From positions 1 through 32,000 of the forward strand of contig BAAFHK010000002.1 of assembly GCA_042852035.1 (NCBI GenBank): DNA of 32,000 nucleotides, written 5' to 3'. Source of the DNA: Candidatus Saccharimonadota bacterium. Its GTDB lineage: Bacteria; Patescibacteriota; Gracilibacteria; BD1-5; UBA2023. The translations under genes and the position numbers were made by a program. Each line of letters begins with the position of its first letter. Position 1 is the first letter of the stretch. The notes below the pieces were generated by a model. That model had not been told where the DNA came from. It made no database searches and was given only the letters and a program-made list of their open reading frames with translations. Of the stretch, positions 30,838-32,000 are shown one piece after another.

Positions 30838-31596
30838 ATGAACTTTCAAGAACAACTTCGTTATGATAAACTTCAACTTATGAAGTCAAGACGACAAAAA
30901 AGAGCAACTTCAACTGTTCAGGCAACAACAGAAACAACAAAAGTTGCCGTTGAATGACCAAAAACCATAGAAATCGCAGGCAAGAAAATCCTTGCGATGC
31001 CACTTGAAACTATGGCACTCACCCCAGAACAACAAAAGAAGTTTGAAGAAGCAGGTGGTCTTATGAACCCTGCGCCAAAAATAGCAACAGCAGATAAAAA
31101 TCAAGACAAGATGATGTATTGGTCTGAAAGTTTTGAAACACTTCAAGCAGAAATCGACGGAACGCTTTACAAGGGTTTTGACCTCTTCAAAAAAGTTTAT
31201 GAAGCATTCCCAGATATTCGTTCTATGACAAAAGGCGAAGCCACAGAAGCAGGACTTTACCCAACTATTCATTACCGCAACTTTGCCGCTCGCAAATGGA
31301 TGGCAGAGATGAACGGCGGACACCTTGCTACTTTGGATAAGGATTATAATGGCGAACTCCGTGATATCTTTAACGCAGCAGAAGGAAAAACAAACCTTGA
31401 AAAACTCGCTGCTATGGGTCAAGCACCGCTTGGCTGACGTTATGCTAATGATGCGAAGGTGTATTACTTGGGGGATTGGGCGGGATTGGGTTCTGGCTCG
31501 CTCAATGGTGATGGTGATGTCCGCGTGTTGGGCGCGCACCGTGATAAGGTCGGGCGCTGACAATTACTGATATTGGCAGGGGAGCGCTGTCAGTAG
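30838..31596 (+). CDS. Candidate DGR target protein with a GC-rich C-terminal putative variable region
   Basis: ATG 30838 joins track ORF 30997 through TGA 30955, continues through TGA 31435 and 31558, and ends at TAG 31594-31596. The C-terminal segment FAARKWMAEMNGGHLATLDKDYNGELRDIF ... AKVYYLGDWAGLGSGSLNGDGDVRVLGAHR resembles the ligand-binding end of C-type-lectin/DUF1566-type DGR targets. The local GC content is far above the surrounding element. Confidence 0.55.
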
Positions 31597-31697
31597 TGTC
31601 GTTGTATTGGATAAATAGTCTCTTTGACACTTTGTCTCTTTTGGTTTCAGAAAATCGTATATACAGTTAATTTTGAAGTCTATATAACAGATGGGAT

Positions 31698-31719
31698 ATC
31701 CGCTTTATGCGGATTTTTC
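31698..31719 (+). terminator. Rho-independent terminator / hairpin
   Basis: atccgc / gcggat stem with loop tttat, followed by a T-run. Confidence 0.55.
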
Positions 31720-31744
31720 TGTATTTCTTCATTTCAAAAACCGT

Positions 31745-32000
31745 ATGGCTACTTATGACCTTCTTCCTGTATATAAGACAACCTATGATTTTCTATTACA
31801 GACTTTTCAATTTTCAAAAACATTTACCCGTGAATACAAATACACTATCTGACAAGAACTCAAAAATGAAACCATACGACTCATACTGGCAATATATCGT
31901 GCCAATGGATCACAAGCAAAAAGATATGAACTCCTTGATGATGCTCGGACAACATTGGAAACCATACGACTTCTTTTGCGTCTGACAAAAGACCTAAAAC
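31745..32000 (+). CDS. Avd-like four-helix-bundle protein (DGR accessory variability determinant / S23-IVS family), partial at the window end
   Basis: MATYDLLPVYKTTYDFLLQTFQFSKTFTREYKYTI-G-QELKNETIRLILAIYRANGSQAKRYELLDDARTTLETIRLLLRLTKDLK fits the remembered pattern lP.y.k..d....i......fP...ry.lG..l......l...i..An........L..a...l..lr.llrla.dlk. The Gly in the lG position is encoded by TGA at 31850-31852. Confidence 0.6.

Noticed and set aside
31438-31560. A template-repeat (TR) copy of the putative VR elsewhere in the window
   Set aside because: I found no second copy of ggtgatggtgatgtccgcgtgttgggcgcgcacc-like sequence by eye. The TR, if it exists, should lie downstream of avd beyond nt 32000.
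30910-31563. Minus-strand ORF (217 aa)
   Set aside because: It is antisense to the candidate DGR target. The plus-strand frame has a consensus promoter, a sensible start and a domain-like C-terminus.
31707-31985. Track ORF (92 aa, plus strand) at the window end
   Set aside because: The overlapping frame from ATG 31745, with one TGA = Gly, gives a clean Avd/four-helix-bundle-like sequence. This ORF is an alternative-frame artefact of the standard code.

Overview
The window reads best as a genome that uses genetic code 25 (UGA = Gly), as in Gracilibacteria/Absconditabacteria-type CPR bacteria. Many ORFs in the supplied standard-code track are fragments. They fuse in frame across TGA codons, and several of those TGAs sit at conserved glycines (EarP DNFGDIG, QueA GSVAAPTA and FSFGD, SufS, an Avd-like protein). 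All CDS coordinates below were re-derived by hand with only TAA/TAG as stops.

Nt 1-23550 looks like core chromosome:
- tRNA-Ser(UGA), a minimal nucleotidyltransferase and ruvA
- an EarP-like EF-P rhamnosyltransferase
- tRNA-Met and initiator tRNA-fMet
- a 1392-aa orphan protein
- a yraN-like gene, galU, lipoproteins and queA (with an apparent frameshift)
- a TPR lipoprotein and sufS with a degenerate SufU-like gene
- a His-tailed membrane protein, a family-5 solute-binding protein and secG
- four tandem T4SS-pilin-like genes and a secreted HEXXH protein
- a degenerate RNase J paralog followed by bona fide rnj

From tRNA-Ser(GCU) at 23554-23646 to the window end the DNA is visibly more AT-rich and looks like an integrated mobile element. 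It carries:
- a large serine recombinase whose ORF ends antisense inside the tRNA
- small secreted/membrane proteins, including a membrane-anchored J-domain protein
- structure-dense intergenic regions
- an (AGCC)16 microsatellite upstream of a consensus promoter
- at the window edge, what looks like the front half of a diversity-generating retroelement (target gene with a GC-rich C-terminal block, then an Avd-like gene); the TR and RT would lie beyond nt 32000

All homology calls come from remembered family motifs. No searches were run.
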